Both the position numbers and the translations under genes were made by a program. The notes beneath the pieces were generated by a model. It saw only the letters and a list, made by a program, of their open reading frames with translations. It had not been told where the DNA came from and searched no databases. A DNA stretch of 64,000 nt, taken from Dendrobates tinctorius. Its lineage: Eukaryota. The stretch lies in the NCBI RefSeq assembly GCF_039654945.1, contig NW_027361803.1, positions 12,090,001-12,154,000 on the forward strand, read 5' to 3'. Below, piece after piece: positions 1 through 14,200 of this stretch (the first letter of the stretch is position 1; each line of letters opens with the position of its first letter).

Positions 1-46
1 AGTCCAAGTTTACACCTATTAGATATTGCATGGTGTTGTATCTTAA

Positions 47-758
47 CCCCTTCCTGACATCCGCTGCAGGAGCTGCATTCCCGTATATCCCTGTATATAT
101 ACTGCGTGATCGAGCAGGCTCACGCTGTGTGCATTCGTGATCAAATGTGGATGTCAGCTGTATATGACAGCTGACACACTGCAGCAATCTCCATGATCAA
201 TAGTGACAGTGACATTGCGGGACCTCTGTGCTGCCATCGGTACGACACGGTTGCAGTGACCTCAGGCATGATTGCATGGTGACCTCGGGCCGAAAGATGG
301 CTGTGGAGTCACCCATGGACGATGGCCTGTCAGCTCCTGCTCAGAGCAGCACCTGCATGTGAGATGCTGATCTGATGCCCTACAATGCAGAAGCATTACA
401 GCGTACCAGGTGAGCAGTCAGTGGAAAATTGATGCTCAATACTGGGACAGGGTGAAAAAAAAAAAGTTAAAAAAAGTTAATAAACGCTGAAAAAATATTA
501 AAAAAGAAAAAATAAATACATTTATGCAAAAGTAAAAATAAACAAAAAATGTACATCTATTTGGTATTGTTGTGTCTCGAATGACCCACCCTATAAAACT
601 GTCCCAACACCATTAAAAAAATAAATAAAAAATGAGGTAACGAAAATGTTACCAATAGAAATGTCAACTCGTCCGGCAAAAAACCCTCACATGACTCATG
701 TTGGATGAAATATGGAAAAATTATAGCTATCTAAATATAGGGATGCAAAAAAAGTTGT
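47..758. mobile_element. Degraded, internally deleted non-autonomous piggyBac-like (TTAA) element fragment
   Basis: Starts TTAA|CCCCTTC at 43-53. Internal blocks at about 550-606 and 650-730 resemble 24450-24510 and 24975-25055 of the larger TTAA element. Right end not found. Confidence 0.55.
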
Positions 759-1314
759 CTCCACAGCAGGGCAAGTGGGAAGTGCCAGATTTGGCGAATG
801 TTATGGGTACGCCATTTTGGGGGCGGTTGAGAACTGATGTTTTTAGTCTGGGAGGGGGCGAATATTCATGGACTCTTCCTAGGCTATTAATATCAGCCCG
901 CAGCTGTCTGCATAGCCTTTGCTGGTTATTAATTATAGGGGAGCCCTGTGTCATTTTTTTTGGTGTCCCCCATTTTAATAACCAGTAAAGGCTAAGTATA
1001 CAGCTGTGAGCTGATATTAATAGCCTGGTAAGCTCCAAGGGTATTACCCCCTTCCCAGGCTATAAACACATGCCCTCAGCTGTCCGCTTTCCCTCTGCTG
1101 GTTAATAAAATTTCGGGGGAGCCCCACACCATTTTTAAAAAAAAAATAATGTATTTATTAAAAATCAGGATTGACTTCCGGTTCCGGCGCTGTGATGTGA
1201 GGACGCAGGAGACAGAGCTCCGTGCAATCCTCAGCTACAAAGACCGACACAGAACACCCCACGGCCGCGAGAGACAGTGGAAAGCGAGAGGCAGGGAGCA
1301 GGAGACACCGGTAT

Positions 1315-2469
1315 ATGGAGCGGTACCTTCTCCGGAGTGGCGGCAAGCACTTAAAGCAAGGAGCTGCAGAGGGAGACCACACAGCACGGGACCATAAAAT
1401 GGCGGCAGACGCGGGATACAGCGGTCTGCAGGAAGGTGAGCAGAGCCTGGTGGAGGAGGAAGGGGAGAGGCAGATCGAGGAGTCGGCAGCCCAGCAGCAC
1501 AGTCAGATAACAGGCATGCATATAGACTATGACCGTTTGGCTGGGGCAGTGGCAGCGCACCTGGCAGACAGGATAAAAGAGTCCCTGGAGGCCATGGTGG
1601 GGGCTGCGCTATCCCCCATTAAAGAACAGGTCACACAGCAGGGAACCAGGATGGCAGAGGCGGAACAAAGAATATATGCTACAGAGGACGAGGTGATAAC
1701 ATTAAAGGAGCAGTTGAAGGAGATGGCGGAGGGCTCCCAGGCTATTAAAGACAAACTGGAGGATCTAGAAAACCGATCCAGGAGAAGCAATTTAAGGCTG
1801 GTGGGGCTGCCGGAATCTATAAGCATGCGACAATTGGATAACATTTGTGAAATAGAACTCCCCAAGGTGCTGGGTCTGACACATAATTGCAGAGTGGAAA
1901 GAGCACACAGAGTGGGCCCTGTAAGAGAGAATCCAGGCACGTGGAGAACGAGCGGGAAGGAGGACAACGCGGGGGCGACTGGAACAGCCAGACCGCGCCA
2001 AGTCATAATAAAATACCTGGAATATAAGGACAAAGAAGAGTTGCTGCGAGCATTTAGAGGAAGGAGGACCCCATTGTTTTTACAAGGACATAAAGTATTG
2101 ATATTTGGAGACTATTCGGCAGAGGTCACCCGGAAAAGGAAGACCTTCAGCAAGATCTGCACTACACTGTACCGCAAAGGTATAAAGTTTCAGTTGCTCT
2201 ACCCTGCCCTACTGAGAGTGACAAGACAAGATGGATCCTTTTTTGTGACAAAGGACTTGAGAGAGGTGGAGAGATGGATGGAGGAGGCGGAGGACAGTGA
2301 CCAGACAAGAGAATCTTCGGGGAGGAGGAGTGGTCTATGCGGGGAAAGTGAGGGGGAGGTTCGGGAAGAGGGCCGGAACGAATGGAGGGAGAGGAGAGAG
2401 GAGGGGAACCCCAAGGAAAGAAGATCGCCGTCACGCAAATATAGAGACCGGGGCAGGGGAGCGCCTTGA
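1315..2469 (+). CDS. L1 ORF1p (coiled coil, RRM and CTD), open frame
   Basis: First in-frame ATG at 1315 (MERYLL). L1 ORF1 motifs LEDLENRSRRSNLRLVGLPE, VERAHR, PRQVIIK, IFGDYSAEVTRKRK, LLYPALLRV. Confidence 0.85.
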   Translation: MERYLLRSGGKHLKQGAAEGDHTARDHKMAADAGYSGLQEGEQSLVEEEGERQIEESAAQQHSQITGMHIDYDRLAGAVAAHLADRIKESLEAMVGAALSPIKEQVTQQGTRMAEAEQRIYATEDEVITLKEQLKEMAEGSQAIKDKLEDLENRSRRSNLRLVGLPESISMRQLDNICEIELPKVLGLTHNCRVERAHRVGPVRENPGTWRTSGKEDNAGATGTARPRQVIIKYLEYKDKEELLRAFRGRRTPLFLQGHKVLIFGDYSAEVTRKRKTFSKICTTLYRKGIKFQLLYPALLRVTRQDGSFFVTKDLREVERWMEEAEDSDQTRESSGRRSGLCGESEGEVREEGRNEWRERREEGNPKERRSPSRKYRDRGRGAP

Positions 2470-3156
2470 GAGAGACTCTAAGGAGAAGATATATCATTTT
2501 GGACCGAACTGGGGGACCTATGGGAGGGGGGAATGACGGAAAGTAGAGGTTGACATTTTTTTCCTTTTCTTACATCTTCTCTTTGATTCTCCCCTCCTCT
2601 TTGGTCTCTATGGATCCCGGGATCCTGCATACTCTGGGGGGTAGAGGAGCTTTGGCGTTCATGGGGGTCCGGGCTTCTCTCCCCTTTTTTTTTTTTGTTT
2701 TTTGTTTTTGTGCAATTATTGATAAATTTCTCTATTGGGTGCTGGGAGGACCATATCGTTGTGAAGGAGAGGGATATTGGGTTCAGAGGCACCAAACAAT
2801 AGGTATGGGAATGGAGGGAAGGGGTATTGTATGTTGACAAGATTATTGACCAAAAAGGCCTTGCCTTGATATGTTGGGTAACAGAATAATGGGGGATAGG
2901 CTATTTGTAATTATTAATCAGTGAGCTGAGAGGGAATTGCGGAGCCAGGAGCATCACAGAAAAAATGGAAAAGTGAAGAGACGATTGACTGTAAAGGGGG
3001 GGACAGTTGAGGGGTTGTTAGTTGATAATAGATTTAGGATGAGCAGATGGGTTCAGGGAAAGCAACGTTATAGGTGCACCGAAAGCTTGGAGGGGTCACA
3101 ACACCACACATATGAAAGACCACATGGCGACGTGAAATACTTGAGAAATTGGGACA

Positions 3157-6100
3157 ATGGTTAGAATAGTGACATGGAATGTGAAAGGACTGAAGTCACC
3201 ACATAAACGTATGATGATATTGAGGCAACTCAAAAGACTGAAAGTTAATATAGCATTACTACAGGAGACACACCTACCCCAGGGGGATTTCTTCCGTATG
3301 CAGAAATTATGGGTGGGAAAAGTAGTTGGGTCAGGCTCCCTGGGACGAAAGGCAGGGGTGATGATTCTAATTAACAAAAATTTGAATCACACGATAGTGT
3401 CTCAGATCAATGATGAAGAAGGGAGGTATATTCACATCAAGCTTATCAGTCCACAGGGAGAGTTTGGTATATATAACATATATACGAAACCCTAACAATG
3501 AGCAAACTTCATTTTTTAACTTCATCACTACTGAATTGGGAAAAGACACAGAACTCAAGCGGATAGTCGGAGGGGACTTTAATGCAGTGGTCTCAAGGGG
3601 GGAAGATAAGAGATATAGTAGAGACGATGGCAGACCGATTAGGGAGGTAAAAGGATTAATGGTCAAGCTTTTGGAGGACACAAATCTAAAAGATAGTTGG
3701 AGAATGCTTCACCCAAATGACCGGGAATATTCTCACTACTCGCATCCACACGAAGCGTGGTCCAGGATTGATTACATTTTGGTAGACCAATTTCTGATGC
3801 ATAGGGTAAGGGATGTGGTTATTGGGGATATGGTGATATCGGATCACAGCCCGGTGCTTCTAGAAATCACTGATACAATACAGAGGGGGACGGACTACTT
3901 GTGGAGGTTCCCGTCGTTTCTACTTAGAGACAAGGAATTTGCCAAAACACTGAACGAATGGTGGGAAGACTATAGCAGAACCAATAGTGAACATGAGGCG
4001 GATATAATGTTGTTCTGGGAAGCAGCAAAAACAGTATTAAGGGGAAGATTGATGGGACATGTAGCTAAACTTAAGGGGGTTTTACACTAAGCAATATCGC
4101 TAGCAATATCGCTAAAACGTCACTGGTTTTGTGACGTTATAGCGATATTGCTAGCGATATCGCTATGTGTGATACTTACCAACGACCGGCTCCCCCGCTG
4201 TCCATCGCTGATCGCGCGAGAATGTCCAGCTCCATTTCTCGTCGGGCGCTTCCTGCTGAGACTTCCTGCTGTGACGACGAGCGACGCTGGAGGCGGGCGG
4301 GAGGACGTCTTCATCGCTGTGTGTGAATGGTAAGTATCGTGCGCTGCGTCGCTGCTGCATCGCTGTGAGATCTTTCTGTATGAAAGCTCACTAGCGATCA
4401 TTTAGCGATGCACCAGCGATCCTGACCGGGTCGGATCGCTGGTTGGATCGCTGGTGCATCGCTAAATGTAAAAGGGCCTTTAGGAAACATACCCACAAAC
4501 AATACCAGGTTGCAAGTGAGGCCCTCAGAGAGAAGTACACATGGTATCTAGAAAACAAGACACAAGAGGCAAAGGAGGAGTGGAAAGCAGCAAGACAAGA
4601 ATTTCAATCTTGGGCGGGGAAAAGGGAGGATCTGATACGATCACATCAGGAAGTTGACTTACACAAATTTGGCAATAAGGCAGGGAGACTATTGGCCAAT
4701 CTGGCGAAAGGACGACGACCAATGACTTTGATAACTAACATGACTAGACCTGACGGGAGCAAATCCACAAGCCCACAGTAGATTACCGAGATTCTGGGGG
4801 ATTACTGTGCAAAATTATATAGTAAGGGGGAAGAGACGGTTGGCAGGGAAAATGACAGGTTGAAAAACATAAAACTCACGCAAATTAATATGGAAGAGCT
4901 GTCAGATTGAACGCAGAAATAACATTAGAAGAAGTACAGACGGTAATAGGGGATCTGAACGTACACAAGGCACCGGGACCTGACGGGTTTACTGGGGAAT
5001 TTTATAAAGTAATGAGAGAGCAGGTAGCGCCGATCCTGACTAGAATGTATAATAAAATAATGGGAGGAGGTGGAATTTCGGGACACCTTAACACTGCGTA
5101 CATAAAATTGATACCCAAGGGTGACAGAAATCTAGACAACCCAGCAAACTATAGGCCAATCTCATTAATAAACCAAGACCTCAAAATCTTGGCTAAATTG
5201 ATGGCCAATAGATTGGCGGAGATACTACCAAACTTAATATCACCTGCACAATCGGGGTTCGTTAAGGGGAGGGCAGCGGTGATGAATGTGCGGAGGGCTA
5301 TGCTGGTAATGGATGCCATCAGACATAGGGATCTTCGAAAGGAGGAGTGTCCAGCCATGGTCACACGATGCTGAAAAAGCGTTTGATAGCGTAGGGTGGA
5401 CATGGCTGGAGACGGTACTAGATAACATGGGGATAAGGGGAGCTTTTCGTACATTCATAGGGGTATTGTATGCGAATCCTCAGGCGATGGTGGCGACGCC
5501 CGGGTTCCTGTCGAGGTCTTTCCCATTGAGCAAGGGGACTAGACAGGGATGTCCACTGTCACCCCTCCTGTTTAATCTGGCCATTGAGCCACTGTCTAGA
5601 CTGTTAAATGAAGATTGTTTCGAAGGTATTAGTGTCGGGAAGGAACAATTGCGTTCAGTTCTATTTGCGGATGATATCATACTATTTATGAACAACCCTC
5701 AGAGGGATCTCCCAAAAGTGATAAAACAGATAGAGGAGTTTGGGGGCTTGTCAGGCTTTAAATTGAACAGAGCAAAGTGTGAAATTTTGTTTCTGTGTGA
5801 GCAAAAGATGCAATTAATGGTAGCCGATGGAACAAGGGATGGCATCTCTGGGATACCGATAGCACGGTCTCACCTTAAATATTTGGAAATACAGAGGGGA
5901 CGTACAACAGTGTCGATATACGAATTGAACTACAAACCTTTGATAAAGAAAATAGAAAGGGAACTAAAGATGTGGGAGGGGTTACCGCTATCATTGCTAG
6001 GTAGAAATCATCTTTTAAAAATGATGAGTTTTCCAAAGTTACTCTACCCAATGCAGACCATCCCCATGTTATTGAAGCATACAGACATAAATAGACTGAA

Positions 6101-7492
6101 TAAAGCATTCTCGACATTCCTGTGGTGGGGGAAAAGACCGAGAATCAAAACGGAAAAATTAATGCAATCTTTGGAAAAAGGAGGCATTAAAATGCCAAAT
6201 ATTAGAGGGTATAACTTGGCATGCCTGATGAGACATGCCATAGACTGGTTGAGGAAGACAAACGGGCACTCAGACATACGTTTAGAGTGAGTTCTGTAAA
6301 CCCTGGGATTTAGGGGCATTACTTCACACGTCATTGGCTAACATACCGAAGAAAACACTCACTGGTATGTAGAGATACGGTGATGGCCTGGAAAGCAGTG
6401 AGAAAAAAATTCGGTTTGTCCTGGAGAATCTCCAAACATCTCAATATATGGAAATTCCCAGATTTCCCAGCGGGAAGGGACAATAAATTATTTTCAGAAT
6501 GGAGGGATAAGGGGATAAATGGGGTGACGGATCTACTACATCAAACGGAGAATAGATGGCTGACATACCAGGAAGTCGTGACAAAATATGGGCTATCCAC
6601 ATTCCAAATCCTCCAATACAAACAGATAGAAAAAGGGTTAATGTCACAATTGAGGGATGTTAGAATGGAACAGGTGACAAATGACATGGACCGAATTATT
6701 ATGAAAGATCGACATGAGATCACCATTTCCGCATTATATAAAGCTATGAGGGAGGTTTTGATTCCAATATGCCCAGAACAAATCTGGAGAGCATGGGCAA
6801 GACAATTAGAGGACGTCGAAGTAGGGGACAAGATACTGCAGGGGTGGATGACGATGAGGAAGGAGGTGATTAATGAAGGGTGGAGGGATACACAATTTCG
6901 GCTGATGCATAGAGCAATCTATGGTTTTAACATCCCAAACACACAACAGATAAACAGAGTGATCCAATGTCCCAAATGTAAATGGTCAAAAACGGACTTG
7001 TTTCATGGGATCTGGCAATGCCCAGAGAGCCAGAAATTCTGGAACAGATTGCAAACATTTATACAAAAAGTGGGGAGTGTGGAAGTCGAACTGGATCCAT
7101 TGCTGTGGATCTTCCATTATAGGAACAAGGGGCAAATAATAGCAGGAGGGGGGGACCAGAGGCCCAAATTACCAAAATTGATCCATGGAGTGGCTATGAT
7201 AGGCAAAAGGGCTTTATTGTCCAAATGGCTTGAGGGAAGTGTGCCGTCAGAGGAAGAGGTGTTGAGGCAGATTAAATCATTACTCAGAATCGAACAGTTG
7301 GAGGCGGAAAGGAATAAGGAGGGCCTGACGGGTAAATTTTTCAAAAAATGGAGGAATTTCATAGTAAAACAATGCGGTGAAGAGGAAATAAGGAAAATAG
7401 TAACTCCCTTTAAGTATACAGAATGGTATATATTGGAAGATATCCATGGCAATTTGGGGAAATTGAAGGTGATTAATGAAGGTGAGGTGTAA
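3157..7492 (+). pseudogene. L1 ORF2 (endonuclease, RT, CCHC), disrupted
   Basis: EN motifs TWNVKG, LQETH, GGDFN, SRIDY, SDHSP. RT motifs KAPGPDGF, YRPISL, DAEKAFD, GTRQGCPLSP, FADD. C-terminal CPKC...H...C. Lesions: frameshifts near 3490, 4900 and 5365, stops at 4779 and 6288, MITE insertion at 4074-4479. Confidence 0.93.
4074..4479. mobile_element. PIF/Harbinger-type MITE inserted in L1 ORF2
   Basis: TTA TSD at 4071-4073 and 4480-4482. Imperfect TIRs AGGGGGTTTTACACTAAGC versus rc AGGCCCTTTTACATTTAGC. Removing it restores the ORF2 reading VAKL-RKHTHKQ. Confidence 0.85.
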
Positions 7493-9692
7493 GGTCCTGG
7501 TTGGGACGGGGGATAAAACACGTGGTGTTATATCACAGAGGTGGTGCTTATAATCTGTGTTTTCCAAGTGGTCTAGGCATAACGTGTGTGCGAAGTTGCT
7601 AGGGGGGTTACCGAAAATGTACGATGACTAGGGTTAGCTTAAGGGAGGGTTGGATGGGAGGAGGATAGGCTAAGTTATTGTCTGTTTATTGGAAATACGA
7701 TTTAATATATGAAACTATGCATTGTTTATGAAAATTTGAAATAAAGTTTAAAAAAAAAAATCAGGATTTGCTTGGAATTGGACGCTGCATACAGCTGCAG
7801 CGTTCAATCCGGAGCATCCTGATGTTACAGCATAGTGGAGAGGATTTTATGAAATCCCGTCTCCACTATGCATACAAAGACGCGGGTGATGCTCCGCCTC
7901 TGCAAGATAAATAGCCTAGTCTATGGATAGGATGCGGTGATTCCACATGTGTTCAATGAACACATGCGTTATCACCGCGCGCAAAAAAGGGGGCATCGCT
8001 TTGGACGAAGTGGGCTTTCCTCTGCGTCCAAAGTACTGCGCAGCGTAGAAACATAGCTACACAGGCAAAGCACTGATTATATATCTCAGTCACATAGATA
8101 AATATAAATATCTGTATCTATCTATCTAGAGAGAAATGTTTCCTTTGAAAACTGGAAATGACGGAGAATTACTCTATGTAAAAGCTCATGTTAAACTCGC
8201 ATTGCAATCGGATGTCAGTCGGATACTAGGTGATAAAAATCGCATAGTACTTGCGAAAAAATTGCATGACACTCGTCTCACTTTTTTGGACCGATATCAG
8301 ACCGTTTTTTTTTTTATGGCGATGGGTTTTATGAGCCTTTAGTGTTTTTTTTTTTTTGCTGTCGGTGTTTCACTTCCATGTGCAGGCCGTGTGACACGTA
8401 CCGACGCCTGTGAAGAAGCAGTACAGTTCATGCTGTTTCCAGGCGCCGGCTGCTGAAGGCAGCTCTCATCATTATCGCTTCCCTCCCTGAGATCAGTGCA
8501 ACCAGGAGAAAATGATGGAAGTTGTATTCCGCAGCAGCTGTGTCCCTCCTGTGTAAAATAAAGAATTAAATAAAAAAAAAAAATATATAACGTGGGATTC
8601 CCAGACTGTACCGCTTCTTCCCAGGTGCCGGTATGTGTCACCCTTGTGTCATCAGTGTTCAGAACGCATTTTGTCCATGCTGCTGATAAAAAACTGACAT
8701 GTCTGCACGGTTTTCAAAAATCTGACTTGTGGACACCACCATTGAATACAATGGGTGTGTGTATGTCCATATTTGCGGCCCTTAAAAAACAGCTACATAT
8801 GAACGCAAAAAAACGGATGTGTGAAGGGGGCCTTGCCATTATTTTCTTTCCTGGCAGGAGGAGTTGTCAGAGGGGTGCTGGCAGTGAGGGACATCAGAAT
8901 CCTGAGACTGCAGGGGGGTAGAGATGAGTGGATGGATTCACGGGACTCTGGTCCAGCGTCCAGGTCAGTGCTCCCTGACAGCTTGGCGGGAGGCTGCGAA
9001 TGTCTAACCTTCTGGCGTCCCTGGTGCAACGTCATCTGTGCCTCCGGCTCATCTCTAATTGGGACCTCTGGATGATTTTTTGTTTCTTCATTCACAGTCG
9101 GAGCAGCCAGAACTTTCTCATCCTTATGTAGTGTCACTATATGACATCCGGCTTTTTGGTGTCTGTAAGACCGTGTTCACACGTTGCATAGATACTGTGT
9201 GTAACGTACCCGCTTCTCAGCACTTGACTTGGGGTTGCGCCTGCAAGGGTTAATCTGTCTCCTCTCACTCAGTCCAGCATTCAACCTCTGTTCTATGCTA
9301 CAGTTGGAGCATAAATCACACCCCGACACAGACCACGCACCCTGCGGCATACACCACTCACCGAACACACGGGCGATGAGTCCCGGAAATATTACTACTA
9401 TGTGCCAATCACCAGGAGCTCACACTCTAAGGCTATGGATTCTTTTGAGCATACGAGGTTCAGACTTCTTAAAGTTTTAAGCTTTAATATAAAAGGTACA
9501 GTGCTTACAATAAAAAGGATATAAAAATGGAAATAAGAAATGACATACAAATATGCAAAAACAGTGATAAAATAAAAGGGAGAAAACTTACAGAAATATT
9601 GAACTTTGCAGTCTGGTACTCTGTCCCCGAGGGAGTGGGGAATATGAAATGGAGCACATCAGCTAGGCTGCCCCTTGCTGTGAACAGGTTTC

Positions 9693-10356
9693 TGTCAGGA
9701 ACACCGCACTGCACTTGCTCACTGAGCCAGTGCGAGTGTCCTGAGTACAAAGACAGTACTCAAAGATACCTGTGGAGCGGGGCAGCAGCAGTGACGATGC
9801 GTGCTTCAGAGTATCAGGACCTGAAGCACATGACTGCTGGGGGCGTGGCCTAAGCTCCACAGAGCCAGGAGCTGCAGGGAAACTCCTAGAAAGGTAACTA
9901 CGGGACAATGTTACCAAGGGGCATAGACAGAGACAGAAACCAGACGAAGCCAGGGTCAAAGCACCAGATAGCAATACAGTACCATGGGGTTAAGACAGAA
10001 AGGATAGTCAGGACGTAGCAATAGGTCAGAAAACCAGAACGGGCAATAGACGGTACAATAGGGACAAACTGTAACGGAGTAACGATAGCCAAGCCAGGAG
10101 GTCAGAACTGGAGAAGACAGTAGTACCAAAGCGAGAGACGGAGTACAGAGTGAGGGAACAGGCCGGGTCATACACGGGAAGCAAACAAGCAATGCAGAAT
10201 ACACGCACACCAGGGGTCAGACACACCAGAACAACAGTATAGCTGACAGAGAACCCTGGTAAAGAGTGAGTATAAATACCCCTCCCAGATCCAGAAAGAG
10301 GTCACGAACACTTAACCCTGTGAGTGCAGGGCAAGAACCCTGTTCAAACCATGACA
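9693..10356 (-). repeat. 3' LTR of element A
   Basis: TGTCAGG...CATGACA. By eye, about 8 substitutions and one 2-bp indel versus 17324-17985. Confidence 0.93.
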
Positions 10357-11235
10357 GTACCCCCCTCTTAATGGGGGGCCACTGGACCCCCAGGCTTGTC
10401 TGGGTATCTGGCGTGGAAAGCCCGCACCAGACGATCGGCATGCACCGAACTGGCCGGAACCCATGACTGATCCTCCAGAGAGTACCCCTTCCAGTGTATC
10501 AGATACTGGAGTCTCCGGCGCACCCACCGGGAGTCAACAATGCGCCCTACTTCATACTCCAGCTGCCCCTCTACCAGCACTGGCGGAGCATTTTGTCAGG
10601 AACACCGCACTGCACTTGCTCACTGAGCCAGGGCGTGTGTCCTGAGTACAAAGACTGTGCACAAAGATACCTGCGGAGCGAGCAGCAGTGGTGACAATGC
10701 ATGCTCCAGGACCTGAATCATGTGACTGCTGGGGGCGTGGCCTAAGCTCCACAGAGCTAGGAGCTGCAGGGAAACTCCTAGAAGGGTAACTACAGGACAA
10801 TGTTACCAAGGAGCATAGACAGAGACAGACACCAGATCAAGCCGGGTCAAAGCACGAGATAGCAGGACAGTACCAAAGGGATTAGACAGAAAGAATAGTC
10901 AGGACGTAGCAATAGATCAGAAAACCAGAACAGGTATTAGACGGTACAATAGGGGTAAACTGTAACGGAGTAACGATAGCCAAGCCAGGAGGTCAGAACC
11001 AGAAAAGACAATGGTACCAAAAACGAGAGACGGAGTACAGAGTGAAGGAACAAGCCCGGTCATACACGGGAAGCAAACAAACAATGCAGAGTACACACAC
11101 ACCAGGGGTCAGACACACCAGAACAACAGTATAACTGACAGAGAATGCCAGTATGGAGTGAGCATAAATACCCCTCCCAGATCCAAAGAGAGGCCGGCAA
11201 TGTTAACCCTGTCAGAACAGGACATTAACCATGTC

Positions 11236-14200
11236 CTAACCATGACAGTACCCCCCTCTTAATGGGGGGGCCACCGGACCCCCAGGTTTCTCAGGGTACC
11301 TGGCATGAAAAGCCCGCACCAGTCGATCAGCGTGCACCGAACTGGCCGGAACCCACGATCGATCCTCAACGGAATATCCCTTCCAATGGATAAGGTACTG
11401 AAGTCCCCGGCGCACCCACCGCGAATCAATGATGCGCCCTACCTCGTACTCCAGTTGACCCTCTACCAACACTGGTGGAGCCACGGATGAGGCATCTTCT
11501 CTAACTGTCCCCACAGGTTTTAATAGGGACCTGTGGAAGACGTTAGAGATTTTGAAGGAGGTGGGCAACTGTAATCTGTATGCCACCGGGTTGATCACCT
11601 CTACAATCTTGTATGGGCCAATAAATTTGGGGCCCAACTTCATAGAGGGTATTTTAAGTTTGATGTTACGAGTGGACAACCAGACTTTTTCCCCCACTGT
11701 CAACGCATGAACCACCCCCCTCCTCCTGTCTGCAAAATGTTTGAACTTCTTCTGGTCTTTGGAGATGTTCCCCTGTACCTCCTTCCAGAGGGTTTTTAAT
11801 TGTTGTACCATCCCCTCGGCACCAGGGCAATCCGAATCCATACGGGAAAATTTCCCAAACTGCGGAACAAACCCATAATTGACCAGAAAGGGAGGCTTTC
11901 CGGTAGACTGATTAACCCGACAGTTGAATGCAAATTCTGCCATGGGCAATACCTCACACCAGTCTTCCTGTCTGGAGGAGGCCAAGCATCTCAGAATCTG
12001 CTCCAATGACTGGTTGGTGCGTTCCGTTTGTCCGTTAGATTCCGGGTGATAGGCAGAGGAGAATGACAACGTGACCCCCAACTTCATACAAAACGCTCTC
12101 CAAAACCTGGCCACAAATTGCACACCCCTGTCCGACACCACGTTCACAGGCACTCCATGCAGTCGAACAATGTGCTGTATAAACAAACGAGCCAAGGTTT
12201 CAGCAGATGGTAACGCAGGTAATGGCACAAAGTGGGCTTGCTTAGAAAATCTATCAACCACTACCCATACCACTGAGTTGCCCTTGGAAGGTGGAAGGTT
12301 AGTGATAAAGTCCATGGACAGGTGTGTCCATGGTTTATCCGGAATTGGCAAAGGCACCAATTCCCCGGCCGGCCGGACCTGAGAGCTTTTAGAGCGCGCG
12401 CACACCCCACAAGTATTCACAAACCTTTTTATATCAGTACCCATAGAGGGCCACCAAAAACCCCTAGCTACTGCCCCCCCGGGTAGCTGCAATACCAGGG
12501 TGTGCACTTAACAGAGAGTCATGAAATTCTTGAAGGAGTGTGGGACGGAATTGTTCGGGTACAAACAATTTACCTGGGGGTTTATTCCTGGGAGCTTGTG
12601 CTTGTGCTTCCAGAATCTCTCTCTGTAACTCAGAGGAGATTTCGGCTACAACCACTCCCGGTTGAAGAATGGAGGAAGGAGGTTCTGGAGGGGACACAGA
12701 ATCAAAACTTCGGGATAAGGCATCTGCCTTTACATTTTTAGACCCTGGTCGGAACGTGATGGTAAATTGAAATCGAGAAAAAAAAAGTGCCCACCGAGCC
12801 TCTCTGGGGGTCAATCTCTTAGCAGACTCGATATAGGCCAGGTTTTTATGATCAGTGACGACCGTAATGGGATGAGCGGCCCCCTCCAAAAAATGCCTCC
12901 ATTCTTCAAAGGCCAATTTAACTGCTAACAGTTCCCTGTTACCGACATCATAGTTTCTCTCGGCCGACGAGAACTTCTTAGAGAAAAAGGCACAGGGTTT
13001 GAGGTTAGTCAGGGTAGAAGGGCCCTGTGACAATACTGCCCCCACCCCCGAAGCGTCGACCTCGACGATAAAAGGTCTTGACGAATCGGGTTGTACCAAC
13101 ACAGGGGCTGTAGTAAAACACTTCTTTAATGCCAGGAAGGAATTTTTTGCGGCCACAGACCAACTTTTTACATCTGCCCCTTTAAGAGTGAGGTCCGTCA
13201 AGGGTTTTACCACCTGCGAGAACCCTTTAATGAACTTCCTATAATAATTAGCGAAGCCCAGAAATCGCTGCAACCCCTTCAGGTCATGAGGCTGCACCCA
13301 ATCTGTAATGGCCTGAACCTTCCCTGGATCCATGCGGAATCCCTCCCCGGATACAATTACACCCAGAAAAGACAGTTCTTGCATAAAAAATGAGCACTTC
13401 TCCAGCTTAGCATACAAATGGTTCTCCCGGAGTCTCATAAGCACCGTACGCAGATGATGCAAGTGTGACTGACTGTCCTCAGAGTTAATCAAGATGTCAT
13501 CCAGGTAAATGACTACATAACGTCCAATCAAGTCAGAAAAAACAACATTAATAAAGTTCTGAAAAACCGCAGGAGCATTAGTGAGGCCGAAGGGCATAAC
13601 CAGGTTTTCAAACAGCCCCTCAGTTGTCAGGAACGCTGTTTTCCATTCGTCCCCCTCCCGGATCCTTATAAGGTTATAAGCCCCTCATAGATCGAGCTTA
13701 GAAAACCATTTGGCCCCCGTGAGTTGATTGCATAGATCAGGAATCAACGGGAGAGGGTACGTGTTCTTAACAGTAATTTTGTTCAGTTCTCGAAAGTCGA
13801 GGCACGGTCGCAACCCACCATCTTTTTTCTTTACAAATAAAAACCCCGCTGCCACGGGTGAGACCGAGGGCCGAATATGCCCCTTGCGAAGGCTTTCTTT
13901 AATGTACTCTTTCATAGCTTGGCGCTCAGGCCCGGACAAATTAAACAAACGAGCCTTGGGTAATTTGGCTCCAGGTACTAAATCGATAACACAATCATAT
14001 GGTCTATGTGGTGGGAGCGCCTCGGCCTCGCTTTCGGAAAACACATCTTTAAGGTCTCTCAGGTACTCCGGAATACCCTCCAGACCGACAGATGACACAG
14101 ATACAGATTTTATCGGATTGACAAAAGGAACCGGGTTACAACACAGACCATTATCATTACATCCCCAACGGGTGATCTCCCCCTTCACCCAATCAATAAG

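Larger units (their letters stand above)
1173..7760 (+). mobile_element. Full-length LINE-1 retrotransposon with inactivated ORF2
   Basis: 13-bp TSD AAAAATCAGGATT at 1160-1172 and 7756-7768 at a TT/AAAA endonuclease site. 5' end GACTTCCGG. ORF1 plus ORF2 remnants, AATAAA at 7740-7745, poly(A) at 7750-7760. Confidence 0.95.
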
